A stretch of 64,000 nucleotides of DNA from a virus. The stretch spans positions 1 to 64,000 of the IMG/VR virus record IMGVR_UViG_3300046535_001869; one strand, given 5' to 3'. Within the stretch, counting starts at the first letter, position 1. Every line of letters starts with the position of its first letter. Under the pieces are notes generated by a model that worked only from the letters and a program-made list of their open reading frames with translations, was not told the origin of the DNA and did not search any database. Positions 29,473 through 38,107 of the stretch are shown here, in pieces. Made by a program: the position numbers and the translations under genes.

Positions 29473-29903
29473 TGACCGACATCCTGGTGGTTGAGGACAA
29501 CGACGAAGTGGCCGCCTACCTGCAGGACATGCTGGAGCAGGGCGGCTACCGGGTAGAGCGCGCGGCGACGGCCTACGGCGCGGTCATACGCGCTGGAAAG
29601 ACGAGGTTCAACATCGTGCTGATGGACCTCAGTCTCGGCGGTCCATCTGGTCCCATGGACCTAGATATGGACGGGGGACACCCTACGGGTCGCCAGGGCG
29701 ACGTCAATGGCGCCGTGGCGACCTTGGCGCTGCGCGGGCTCGGCTACACGGATGTTCCGATCGTCGTGATCACCGGGGGTCTCACGGTCCTAGATCCGGA
29801 TATCGAGACGGCGTGCAGGTTCGCCGGTAAACTCCTGAAGCCGGCGTTGCCGCGCGACGTGCTGCCAGAGATCGAGAAGCATCTGGCTCGGTCTGGGAAG
29901 TGA
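29472..29903 (+). CDS. Single-domain response regulator receiver (DivK/CheY-like)
   Basis: ILVVEDN..VLMD..PIVVIT..LLKP: acidic pocket, phospho-acceptor Asp, Thr and Lys-Pro all present. Confidence 0.8.
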   Translation: MTDILVVEDNDEVAAYLQDMLEQGGYRVERAATAYGAVIRAGKTRFNIVLMDLSLGGPSGPMDLDMDGGHPTGRQGDVNGAVATLALRGLGYTDVPIVVITGGLTVLDPDIETACRFAGKLLKPALPRDVLPEIEKHLARSGK

Positions 29904-30091
29904 GCGACGATGTTGACCCGGACGCCTACGGCGGTGGGGTCGAGGATCGCGCTGCAGCCATGAAGACCGAGATGGAAGTCACCGTCGACGATCTGCGCAA
30001 GATGGGTTACGGCGACCGCGAAATCTACGACGCGCTGATCCTGGTGGCGCGCGAGATCAGGGCGGGCCGCGACCTGACGGAGTTTGCATGA
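29900..30091 (+). CDS. Hypothetical protein
   Basis: Translationally coupled ORF. Confidence 0.5.
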   Translation: MSDDVDPDAYGGGVEDRAAAMKTEMEVTVDDLRKMGYGDREIYDALILVAREIRAGRDLTEFA

Positions 30092-30405
30092 ACTGGCTGA
30101 ACGAGGCCCAAGGGTGGCTGAATACGCTCGGCGCGATAGGCGGCCCACTGCTCGTGCTCTGGCAACTAGTCAAGACGAAGCAGGCCGCCGTGTCGGCGGC
30201 GGGGAAGGCCGAGCTGGCCGCCTCCGATGCGGCAACGCACGCCCAAAGCGCCACTACCGCCGTTACGGGAATGGCGGGAGATATAGCTGAACTCACGATG
30301 AACACGAATAGCATCAAGGACGCGCTGGTCAAGACTAGCGGAGAGCTAGGCCGCCTGGCCGGTCGCGAGGAGATGCGCGTCGAGCAATCGGAAAAGAAAT
30401 CATGA
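30088..30405 (+). CDS. Small TM protein, holin/antiholin candidate
   Basis: One TM segment; immediately upstream of the endolysin. Confidence 0.5.
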   Translation: MNWLNEAQGWLNTLGAIGGPLLVLWQLVKTKQAAVSAAGKAELAASDAATHAQSATTAVTGMAGDIAELTMNTNSIKDALVKTSGELGRLAGREEMRVEQSEKKS

Positions 30406-31262
30406 GTTGGAACGACCTGCCCGGTGGCTACGACTTTTCGCACTGGAACGGCGACATCGACTGGGATGCGGTCGCCGCGACCAAGCCGGCCTTCGTCGGG
30501 CTGAAGGCGACCGAGGGCACGCACGTCGACCCAAAATTCGAGGTCAACCGCCGCGCCGCGGCCGACCGGGGCATCTTGGTAATTCCGTACCCGTTCATCC
30601 GGCCAGACGACACCAACGCGGCGCATCGGGCCTTCGACTCGGTGGTCGGCGACGAGACGATCCCGACGATGCTTGACTGGGAGCGTACCGGAGTCGGTAG
30701 CGCCGTCGTCGAGCGCTGGATAGACGCGTTGAAGCGCCAGCCGCTGATCTATTACGGCAGGTGGCCGCCGGCCCCGGTGACCCAGAAGATCGCTGCCTGC
30801 CCGCGCTGGTATGCGCAGTACCCGGGGCGCGACGACGCGCCGCCCAAGCTACCGCCATGGGATGGCAAGCCGACGACGAACTGGTCGGACAAGTGGCTGA
30901 TATGGCAATGGTCCCAGGAGGGACACGTCCCGGGGGTAACCGGCAACGTCGACATGGACCGGTTGGCGTGCTCAGTGGATGCGTTTACGGCATGGTATAG
31001 GACCGGTGCTTCGCTCGTGTCTGATGGACTGACGCCAACCAAGCCGCTACTCGGCATCGGCCGGGTGCCGCTGCGCCGGTTGATGACCGGAGAGGACGTC
31101 GGCGTGCTGCAGAAGGCGCTGACCGCGCACGGCTTCGTCGTTATGGTCGATCGCGACTTCGGCCCAGCGACCGAGACGGCGGTGAGGGCGTTCCAGGAGC
31201 GTAGACACCTGACGGTAGACGGGATCGCTGGCAAAGACACGCTGGTCGCTCTGGCAACGTAA
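30402..31262 (+). CDS. GH25 muramidase endolysin with C-terminal peptidoglycan-binding domain
   Basis: GYDFSHWNG..KATEG..LDWE..WQWS..GNVDMD; GEDV..LQ.AL..DFGPATETAVRAFQ..L.VDGIAG. Confidence 0.9.
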   Translation: MSWNDLPGGYDFSHWNGDIDWDAVAATKPAFVGLKATEGTHVDPKFEVNRRAAADRGILVIPYPFIRPDDTNAAHRAFDSVVGDETIPTMLDWERTGVGSAVVERWIDALKRQPLIYYGRWPPAPVTQKIAACPRWYAQYPGRDDAPPKLPPWDGKPTTNWSDKWLIWQWSQEGHVPGVTGNVDMDRLACSVDAFTAWYRTGASLVSDGLTPTKPLLGIGRVPLRRLMTGEDVGVLQKALTAHGFVVMVDRDFGPATETAVRAFQERRHLTVDGIAGKDTLVALAT

Positions 31263-31278
31263 TATCGAGACTACGCGC

Positions 31279-31377
31279 GGCGACTAACGCGCTCGGTGCG
31301 ACGAACCGCGAGCTTCCTCGCTCGGGGTGCGTTGCTCTGCAACCCCCTGGAATTCTCGCACCCGGGCTTAGTCGGCC
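31279..31377 (+). ncRNA. Predicted structured RNA element (three-way junction) between endolysin and holin-like gene
   Basis: CGACTAA 31281/TTAGTCG 31368 and GGTGCGA 31295/TCGCACC 31356 enclose hairpins GCGAG-CTTC-CTCGC and GTTGC-TCT-GCAAC. Confidence 0.4.
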
Positions 31378-31398
31378 CCGGGCGAGGGAGGCTAGAAC

Positions 31399-31839
31399 AT
31401 GAGTGAGATGCAGACCTTCAACCTGCCGGACGCGCCGGATCCGGCGATAGTGAGTAAGTGGACCGGGATCATCAGGGCTTGGATACCGATCTTGGCCATG
31501 TTCGGGGTCGCCGTTCCTAACCTCCCGGATGGTAAGCTGCAGGCCTATGTATCGGCTCTGCTGATGTTTATCGGCGTGGCGGTCTCCGTATGGTCTTGGA
31601 TGGAGAAGACCTTTAAGGCCACGAAGACGAAGGAGATGGTCGTGGACTCGGCCGTGGCCTCGGCAAAGTCCGGCGTCCCCGTCGTCGTAACCGTCACTCA
31701 GCAGACGCCGTCTGGGCAGCCGAACATCGGGGTCGCGACCCCGGTCGCGGTCGCTGATCTGAAGACCGCTACCATCGCGCCGAGCCCACCCGGGACCACG
31801 GCGGACGACCTCAACCGTTCACAGGGAGTAGCGAGATGA
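31399..31839 (+). CDS. Holin-like two-TM protein
   Basis: GGGAGG SD; two TM segments ending VWSWMEK; next to the endolysin. Confidence 0.55.
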   Translation: MSEMQTFNLPDAPDPAIVSKWTGIIRAWIPILAMFGVAVPNLPDGKLQAYVSALLMFIGVAVSVWSWMEKTFKATKTKEMVVDSAVASAKSGVPVVVTVTQQTPSGQPNIGVATPVAVADLKTATIAPSPPGTTADDLNRSQGVAR

Positions 31840-32216
31840 CACGTAAAGAACATCTAAGCGCCGCCAGGGGCGCTCTAGCCGGCTCTCTTCTCCTATTCGG
31901 CATAACCCTAGTACTGCCGGCGGTCCTTGAGGGGTGTGCCCAACCATCCACCGGCGTCAGCAACTCGGTCATCGCGGCTGAGCGCACCCTGACCCTCGCT
32001 GAGCAGACCGCGAAGATCTACACCGACCTGCCGCGCTGCGGCTCGTTGCCGGCGGTGGGTAAGCCGTTCTGCTCGGATCCGGCACTGGTCGCTAAGATGG
32101 CCGACGCCGACAACAAGGCGTACGCCGCGGTCAAGGCGGCGCAGCGTAACGAGGCGCTCCTCGGCGCGGCGCTCGATGCCATCGCCGCCTACCAGTCACT
32201 CACCCTAGGGAGGTGA
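31836..32216 (+). CDS. Lipoprotein (spanin candidate)
   Basis: Hydrophobic stretch followed by LEG/C lipobox; helical. Confidence 0.5.
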   Translation: MTRKEHLSAARGALAGSLLLFGITLVLPAVLEGCAQPSTGVSNSVIAAERTLTLAEQTAKIYTDLPRCGSLPAVGKPFCSDPALVAKMADADNKAYAAVKAAQRNEALLGAALDAIAAYQSLTLGR

Positions 32217-32219
32217 TCC

Positions 32220-32447
32220 ATGCCCGCAATCTCAGTCATTCTACCGATCGTCCTTCAACTCCTCGAGCTGGCCCCGCAGCTCGTCACCGGCGGCCAGGCC
32301 TTCATCGCCGCGGCCCAATCCATCTGGGAGACCGCGACGTCGAACGTCGCCGCGACCGCCGACGAGCAGGCCCAGTACGACGCCGCGCTCGAAGCCAGCC
32401 ACGCCGCGTTCCAGGCCTCGGCCAACCGTCAGGACCCGACCGCGTGA
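32220..32447 (+). CDS. Small Ala-rich protein (lysis cassette)
   Basis: GGAGG SD; hydrophobic N-terminus. Confidence 0.55.
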   Translation: MPAISVILPIVLQLLELAPQLVTGGQAFIAAAQSIWETATSNVAATADEQAQYDAALEASHAAFQASANRQDPTA

Positions 32448-32641
32448 AGTGGGTCATCCTCGGCCTCGCGGTGGTCGGGATCGCGCTTCTCGCGCTCGGC
32501 TACCACATCAGTAACAGAGTGGACCACAGCACCGACGAGAACTTGGCGGCGGTGATCCCCTGGCTGATTGGGATCGTCGTCCTCGGGACCGACTTCGTGC
32601 TGCTGATCGGCTTCGTGATCTACAAGGCATTTGCCTCGTGA
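32444..32641 (+). CDS. Small two-TM protein
   Basis: GTGA overlap; KWVILGLAVVGIALLALG..WLIGIVVLG. Confidence 0.55.
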   Translation: MKWVILGLAVVGIALLALGYHISNRVDHSTDENLAAVIPWLIGIVVLGTDFVLLIGFVIYKAFAS

Positions 32642-32835
32642 TCGATTGGCCCACCTTGCTGCGAACGCTAATGCACCGTCTGGGTTTCCACGGACCAAAC
32701 TGGTATCCATTCTGGAACATGGGCGATATCTGGATCGAATGCATTGTTTGCGGCGCTCGTCGATTTCCGCCGTCTGAAGATATGAATGTTGTACCGCCGG
32801 AGGAAATAGCGCCGCAATCGAGGTTTGCGCAATGA
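32638..32835 (+). CDS. Hypothetical protein with CxxC
   Basis: Coupled ORF; H..CIVCG. Confidence 0.45.
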   Translation: MIDWPTLLRTLMHRLGFHGPNWYPFWNMGDIWIECIVCGARRFPPSEDMNVVPPEEIAPQSRFAQ

Positions 32836-32948
32836 CCGACTGGTCCACCTCACTCAACTGGGATGGCCCGATGGCGCAGATCGGGCTGGCGATGATGGTG
32901 GCGCTGCTGGTTATCGTGATTCTGATCGGGGTGGGGCAGCGCCGATGA
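32832..32948 (+). CDS. 38-aa single-TM peptide
   Basis: ATGA overlaps at both ends; MTDWSTSLNWDGPMAQIGLAMMVALLVIVILIGVGQRR. Confidence 0.45.
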   Translation: MTDWSTSLNWDGPMAQIGLAMMVALLVIVILIGVGQRR

Positions 32949-33121
32949 GCCGGACCCTCGTCGTCGCGTTATGCGCGGCTGTGCTTCTCGTTGTTGTCGG
33001 GGAGAGCGAGCTTCACCTCGGCGGCTCGGTCGTCTGGGGCGGGGTATCGGTCCTGATCGGCGGCCTCCTCCTCCTCGCCGAAATCGTTATGGCCGCGGCC
33101 TACAGCGATCGAACAGAGTAG
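32945..33121 (+). CDS. Small two-TM protein
   Basis: MSRTLVVALCAAVLLVVVG..; last gene before the terminator. Confidence 0.5.
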   Translation: MSRTLVVALCAAVLLVVVGESELHLGGSVVWGGVSVLIGGLLLLAEIVMAAAYSDRTE

Positions 33122-33141
33122 CTCCGAGGCTTCGCCCTCTC

Positions 33142-33179
33142 AACCCCGCGCCGGGAAACCAGCGCGGGGTTTTTCGTTT
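33142..33179 (+). terminator. Intrinsic terminator at the convergence of late and early arms
   Basis: AACCCCGCGC-CGGGAAACCA-GCGCGGGGTT stem followed by TTTCGTTT. Confidence 0.8.
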
Positions 33180-33182
33180 CTA

Positions 33183-34967
33183 CTACTTCCCGAGCTCCAT
33201 GTCCTCGTCGCGGATGTAGATCAGCGTCTCCTTGGCGCGCGTCGCGGCGACGTATTGAAGATTTTCTTCTTGACAAATTTGCCAATCTTGCCGCGCCGCC
33301 TTCGAGGGCATCAGCTCCGGGCGGAGGATCGCGACCTGCTGCCATTCTTTTCCCTTAGCTTTGTGACATGTGCAAAGCGTCAAGACCGTCTGCTTCTCGC
33401 CCTTCTTGTCGTCCTGGAACATCGAGCGGATCTTCTCGATCAGCGCCGGGATGGTCCGCTCGGTCTCCGCGAGGCCGCCGATCAGGACCAGCGCGCAGTC
33501 GACCCGATCGCCGACCGCCTCGGCCTGCCGCTCCTGGGCGCGGGCAATGAACTTCGCGACCTCGCGCTCCCGGAAGTGGTTGAGCTTCTCGACGAGCCGG
33601 TCGATCCCACGCGCCTTCTGGCGCTCGATCAGGTTGACGAGGCCCTCGCCGATCTCGCGCCCGAGGATCCGGCAGGGCCGCCCGCGGGCTATCAGACCGT
33701 ACGCGACGGTGACGAGCGGCGCGGTCTGGCGGCATAAAATGGCGTCGGTCGCCGTAAGGCGAGCGAGGGTATTTTGTAGGGATACGTTATTGAGAACCTC
33801 GCCCTCTGCTGCGCCTGGAGCCGACTCGATGTCCGGCACCCAGGTCTGGGCCATCTCGACGACGGCGCGCGAGCAGCGGTAGGAAACGGTCAGCGGCAGC
33901 TCGCGGGTGTTGAACTCGCGGGCGATCACGTCGAGCGCGTCCGTGGAGGCGCCGGTGAAGCCCATGATCGACTGGCGGTCGTCGCCGACCGCGAAGAGGC
34001 GACCACCGTCCTTCAGCGCCAGGTGGGTCATGGCGCGGCGAACGGGGTTCGTGTCCTGTGCCTCGTCCACGATCACGACGTCGTTCCGCCAGAGTCGGAG
34101 CTTCCAGAGGCAGACGAGGTAGAGCATGTCGGCGAAGTCGATCAGGCCCTGGCGCGCCGCCGCGTTCGACCGCGCGAGGAGCTCGCGGGCGATCTCGATG
34201 CCGGTGGCGGGGTTGGCCTCCTCGGAGTCGAGGTAGAGCCCGTAGTGGTCGACGATCGTCCACCACCGGTCCTCGGTGTCGGCGACCAGCGGGCCGATCC
34301 CTTCGCCCTTGGCCTTCTCCACGAGGTCACGCACGAACGCGGAGTAGAGGCCGAACGTCTCCTCGCCCTCGGGGGTGACGCACAGCCATTCGCGTAGGAG
34401 CTTCAGGCACTTGCCTGGGTCGACGACGATCTGGCTCTTCGGGAGGTTCAGGTGACGCAGGACCGCGGCCATCCCCACGGAGTGGAACGTCCCGGCGCGT
34501 ACATCGCGGAACGACCGGTCCGGGTACCGTGCGGCGAGCTCCTTGATCGCGTCGTCGAGCTGCGCGGCGGCCTCGGTCCCGAAGGCGAAGAGCTGGACGT
34601 GGGCACGCGGCGGGAGATAGACGACCATGTTCTTCATCGTGGTGGTCTTGCCGACGCCAGCGCGCGCCTTAACGATAACCGACCCACGGCCGTACTTGGC
34701 GTGCTCGAAGATCGCCGCCTGGTACGGCGAGGCGGTATGCCCCGACAGAAGCGTGTAGACGTCGTCGCTCGAGGCCGCTGGCGCGCGAACCACCGCGGCG
34801 CGTAGGCTTACCGCCCCGGCGCTCTCAGGTGCCCCAGCGGGCTCCTGCGAGGCGCAACCGGCGTGCCGCACGGCCCACCGGCCGTCGTTACCCTTATACG
34901 CCTCGCCCTCGCCGGCCTCGACGCGGGTGGAGCACTCGGTGCAGGTGCCGGGGTACTTGTTAATCAT
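33183..34967 (-). CDS. UvrD/Rep SF1 helicase with N-terminal Zn-finger-like segment
   Basis: ARAGVGKTT, VDEAQD, VGDDRQSI, SYRC, HKAKGKEW, YVAATRAK; ATG 34967 after GAGGAGA. Confidence 0.9.
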   Translation of the reverse strand: MINKYPGTCTECSTRVEAGEGEAYKGNDGRWAVRHAGCASQEPAGAPESAGAVSLRAAVVRAPAASSDDVYTLLSGHTASPYQAAIFEHAKYGRGSVIVKARAGVGKTTTMKNMVVYLPPRAHVQLFAFGTEAAAQLDDAIKELAARYPDRSFRDVRAGTFHSVGMAAVLRHLNLPKSQIVVDPGKCLKLLREWLCVTPEGEETFGLYSAFVRDLVEKAKGEGIGPLVADTEDRWWTIVDHYGLYLDSEEANPATGIEIARELLARSNAAARQGLIDFADMLYLVCLWKLRLWRNDVVIVDEAQDTNPVRRAMTHLALKDGGRLFAVGDDRQSIMGFTGASTDALDVIAREFNTRELPLTVSYRCSRAVVEMAQTWVPDIESAPGAAEGEVLNNVSLQNTLARLTATDAILCRQTAPLVTVAYGLIARGRPCRILGREIGEGLVNLIERQKARGIDRLVEKLNHFREREVAKFIARAQERQAEAVGDRVDCALVLIGGLAETERTIPALIEKIRSMFQDDKKGEKQTVLTLCTCHKAKGKEWQQVAILRPELMPSKAARQDWQICQEENLQYVAATRAKETLIYIRDEDMELGK

Positions 34968-35036
34968 GAGGTCTCTCCTCGGTTGGTAAGGGTAGTATCG
35001 CGCCATTGCAGCGAAAAGTAAACCCCTAATTTGCCC
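34965..35036 (-). promoter_or_regulatory. Repeated promoter-SD cassette, copy 1 (TTTACT-N17-GATACT..GAGGAGA..ATG)
   Basis: 69/72 nt identical to 48006-48077. Confidence 0.8.
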
Positions 35037-35055
35037 TTAGCTGTGATAATTTCGA

Positions 35056-35083
35056 GGGGCAGGCCGGCTATTTTGCCTGCCCC
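35056..35083. terminator. GC hairpin, possible terminator upstream of the helicase promoter
   Basis: GGGGCAGGC-loop-GCCTGCCCC. Confidence 0.4.
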
Positions 35084-35147
35084 TGTTCAGTGCGGACCAC
35101 CACGTTCGGGCTCGCGTAGCCCGCGGTGACCTCGCTTGCCAGGATAG

Positions 35148-35627
35148 TTATGACGAGCATTCGATCGCGTCCAGGTCGTCCTCGTCGAAGACGCCCTCGG
35201 CGACTGCGTAGGGCGGCCCGCGGAACCAGCCCGCGGCCTCGGCCTGCGCCTGGTCGAGCGCCTCCTCGACGCCGTCCCGGATCACCGTGACCTGATCTAT
35301 TCGGATCGCGATGACGGTCCGCGTCCCGACGTCGGTCACGCGGTAGGTGTGGTCACCCAGGGTGAACTCGTCGCCGATCCTCATCACCTCCCTCCTTACC
35401 GGAAACCACGCCTCAACGAACGCAACGGCCTGGTCGTAGTTGCCGGCGTTGGCGACGTTCTCGCGCAGCGCCTCGATCCGGTCCGTTGGGATCGCGAGCT
35501 GGCGAAGCATGGCGACGGCCGTACCGACGATGTAGAAGATGTTGGCGCCCGGCCCGCGCCCGTTGATGACAGTCGTGAAGACCGGGGTCGCAGCGTCGTC
35601 GGTCCAGTGGTGAATCTCGTAGGTCAC
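35148..35627 (-). CDS. Hypothetical protein (possible internal restart)
   Basis: GTGA coupling; internal GGAGG-ATG at MRIGDEF. Confidence 0.5.
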   Translation of the reverse strand: MTYEIHHWTDDAATPVFTTVINGRGPGANIFYIVGTAVAMLRQLAIPTDRIEALRENVANAGNYDQAVAFVEAWFPVRREVMRIGDEFTLGDHTYRVTDVGTRTVIAIRIDQVTVIRDGVEEALDQAQAEAAGWFRGPPYAVAEGVFDEDDLDAIECSS

Positions 35628-36073
35628 AGCGCAATCCTCCTCCCGAACGAGTTCTCCTCGATCCGGCCGTCGGGCCATACGACCGTCACCGGGATACCCT
35701 TTAGCCGAGCCCGACGGACCGTGAACCACGTGCCGGAGCGGCGCTGGGACGTATGCTCTTCCGGCGCGCGAGGCACGGCGATCAGGTACTCGGCAGCGTC
35801 GACGATCGCCTGGTTCCTGACCAGGTAGGGGAACGGGTCGGCCAGGGCGTCGCACGCGCAGAACGCACGCTTGCTCGGGTTCGACGGCGGATGGCCGTAC
35901 ATGAACCACAGCCGAACGCGGGCGACGGCGTGCGCCTCCGCGTCGGCCCCGACGCAGTCGCCGTGGTGGAACTCGCCGCGGCTGGCAACGAACCAATCGA
36001 TCACGTTGATGAATCCGCGATGCTGGGCATCGGTCATCCCGTGTTGGGTCCCGGTGAAGCCGAGGATGGTCAT
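35624..36073 (-). CDS. SLOG-superfamily (DprA/YspA-like) protein
   Basis: GFTGT..HHGDCVGAD..RNQAIVD..SGTWFTVRRA. Confidence 0.65.
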   Translation of the reverse strand: MTILGFTGTQHGMTDAQHRGFINVIDWFVASRGEFHHGDCVGADAEAHAVARVRLWFMYGHPPSNPSKRAFCACDALADPFPYLVRNQAIVDAAEYLIAVPRAPEEHTSQRRSGTWFTVRRARLKGIPVTVVWPDGRIEENSFGRRIAL

Positions 36074-36282
36074 CGATCGTACGCCTGACCAAGAAACGGA
36101 GAATTTAGGATTTCTTTTCGCTCCTTACAGAACGAACATTCGCCAACGGCTTGTCGGCTATCTGGGGGTCCCATTTCGCTATAAGTCAGCGTCCAAAGAA
36201 TACCGTCTCGGCAAACCGTATCCCCGTAGGATTTATCAAGAGGACAAGGCGAACGCGCCGGCTTTCCCGGCGCTGGTCGCAT
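36070..36282 (-). CDS. Hypothetical Cys-containing protein
   Basis: AAGGAGG SD; lies downstream of a promoter copy. Confidence 0.45.
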   Translation of the reverse strand: MRPAPGKPARSPCPLDKSYGDTVCRDGILWTLTYSEMGPPDSRQAVGECSFCKERKEILNSPFLGQAYDR

Positions 36283-36353
36283 GGTGGCCTCCTTTGGACT
36301 ATCTGGCACCGAAACAACTCCTCGGATACCTGCCGCTATGGCAGTACTTGGCT

Positions 36354-36382
36354 TATATACGCCGATCGGGGCGAAAAGTAAA
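36354..36382 (-). promoter_or_regulatory. Promoter copy (TTTACT-N17-TATATA)
   Basis: gcgaaaagtaaacc motif with 17-nt spacer. Confidence 0.65.
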
Positions 36383-36389
36383 CCGCTAT

Positions 36390-36806
36390 CTATTCCCCGT
36401 CCCTCGGCGAGCCGCAGAAGACGCATAACGGCCAGCGCGTGTTCGGCGGCCGGAGGTCCCAGACGCAGTGCACGACGAGCCGCGTGCCGAAGCACACCAT
36501 CGAGTCGCTGAACTGGAGGTCCTCGACCACGCACCCAACCGCCACGGCCACGGCGCTGCGATACTCCTGGGTGACCTTAGCTACCTTTGCCCTGGCTGCC
36601 TCCAGCTCGCGCCTAGCCGCGCTGATCGCTCGCTCCTTCTCGAATACCTTGTGGGCCAGGAGGATACGTCGGTCGCGGTCGGTCGTCGTGTCTATAGCCG
36701 AGGGCACCTTCAGGCGATTCGCCGAGCAGTCGTCTGGGTCGTGGTTGTGGTCGACCCGCATGTCGACCCCGCACCAGGGGCAGTCTACCGTGTGGTTGGC
36801 CATCAC
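36390..36806 (-). CDS. Hypothetical Zn-finger protein
   Basis: CPWC..H..C and CVFCG motifs. Confidence 0.55.
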   Translation of the reverse strand: MMANHTVDCPWCGVDMRVDHNHDPDDCSANRLKVPSAIDTTTDRDRRILLAHKVFEKERAISAARRELEAARAKVAKVTQEYRSAVAVAVGCVVEDLQFSDSMVCFGTRLVVHCVWDLRPPNTRWPLCVFCGSPRDGE

Positions 36807-37345
36807 GCCGCCTCCCGCGCCGCGGCGAGCCGCGCGTTGAGATCCTCGATCCGCAGCGCCGGCAGCGCGACCGGAGCCAGCTCGTGGTGCGGGAAGTAGG
36901 CGTAGCCCTCGGGCCAGCCTTCGGCCAGCTTCTCGACGGTGGTGAAGGCCTGGAGCGTCCCCGTGATCTCGAGCTTCAACTGCTCACGCTCTTTCCTAAG
37001 CACCCCCTGGGCCACGGTGTGGTCGTCCCACAGCTTCCGCCAGTGCGTCGGTACTTTTGGGTAGCTGTGGGACGCCGGGAGGCGCACTGGGTCGGTCAGG
37101 GCGATGGTGTGGTTGTAATGCCGTTCAGCTTCGCTATATTTGAAGCTGATACGGCTAGCCAGTGGCAGCCACCCCTCGGGCAGCATCGCCATCTGCCGCA
37201 GCGCATCCTCGCCGTACAGCACGCGGAGCAGCCGCAGCCCGAGCGCGTGCTCCTGTTGCTTGAGGCGCAGTTCGCGCTCGGCGAACGTCGCGGCGAGGAG
37301 GCGCGTGGTGATCGCCTCGCGGTGGGACTTCAGCAGCTTGGTCAT
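36803..37345 (-). CDS. Nmad5-like (nucleotide-modification-associated) protein
   Basis: MTKL.K..RE.I..; TTVEKLAEGWPE pattern, recalled from this family. Confidence 0.45.
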   Translation of the reverse strand: MTKLLKSHREAITTRLLAATFAERELRLKQQEHALGLRLLRVLYGEDALRQMAMLPEGWLPLASRISFKYSEAERHYNHTIALTDPVRLPASHSYPKVPTHWRKLWDDHTVAQGVLRKEREQLKLEITGTLQAFTTVEKLAEGWPEGYAYFPHHELAPVALPALRIEDLNARLAAAREAA

Positions 37346-37584
37346 CCCGTGTTCCTCCTGTATAGCTCCGCGAGGACCGCGGCGTCACCCCGGGCCTCCT
37401 CGTGCGTGACCCGGAGCCGTCGCGCCGTGACGGTAACCTTTCCACAGTCGCACCGCAGCTGGGCGCGATAGCCGTCCGTCTCGGGGTCGTGGACGACGTG
37501 CTCCTCGGGGATGTGGGGGCACGTTGCTGCCGTAGACCCGCGCGGGTAGCTGGCGCCTGGCGAGGCACGCGGGCGGTGGGTCAT
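37342..37584 (-). CDS. Hypothetical protein
   Basis: Coupled ORF; CPH..CDCG. Confidence 0.45.
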   Translation of the reverse strand: MTHRPRASPGASYPRGSTAATCPHIPEEHVVHDPETDGYRAQLRCDCGKVTVTARRLRVTHEEARGDAAVLAELYRRNTG

Positions 37585-37877
37585 TGGTCCCCTCCTGGGT
37601 ATATCCCGGTCTTCCGGTACTCGCGGATTTTCAGCAGGCTCCGCTGGGACTGCCGCAGGCCCTCGCGGAAGGTCGGCAGGTCCATTAGCGCGAGGACCCG
37701 GCGCGCGGCCAGGCAGTTCGCGACGGCCATCCGGCGCAGCGCCGCGGCGTTCTGGGCCAGGGTCATCGCGGCGGTGACGCGGTCGAGTTCCTCATTTGCG
37801 CGCCGCAGTTCGGCGTCCTGCTCCGCCTCGGTCAGTGCCATCCAGCGGTCCCACTCCTCGTCGTCATTGTCGGTCAT
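37581..37877 (-). CDS. Hypothetical protein
   Basis: ATGA coupling. Confidence 0.5.
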   Translation of the reverse strand: MTDNDDEEWDRWMALTEAEQDAELRRANEELDRVTAAMTLAQNAAALRRMAVANCLAARRVLALMDLPTFREGLRQSQRSLLKIREYRKTGIYPGGDQ

Positions 37878-38107
37878 AGATTGATGTTCCACCCCTTCCG
37901 CACCAGGGCGACCAGCTCGCGCAGCAGGTCGTCGAGCGTATCGCCGTGACCGGTCGGATAGCCGTTGGCGATCATCCAATCGGCGACGACGGCCTTGGCG
38001 AAGTCGTCGAACTCCTTGGCTAGATCGACCAGGCTGCTGTAGTGGTTGGCCTGATCGTGCATGACACGACGCGCGGAACTCGTGGCTTTGTCGGTCGGGG
38101 CGCTCAT
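37874..38107 (-). CDS. Hypothetical protein
   Basis: GAGG SD; ATGA coupling. Confidence 0.5.
   Translation of the reverse strand: MSAPTDKATSSARRVMHDQANHYSSLVDLAKEFDDFAKAVVADWMIANGYPTGHGDTLDDLLRELVALVRKGWNINL

Noticed and set aside
31279-31377. Hammerhead ribozyme or tRNA
   Set aside because: No CUGANGA/GAAA core and no T-loop or cloverleaf consensus.
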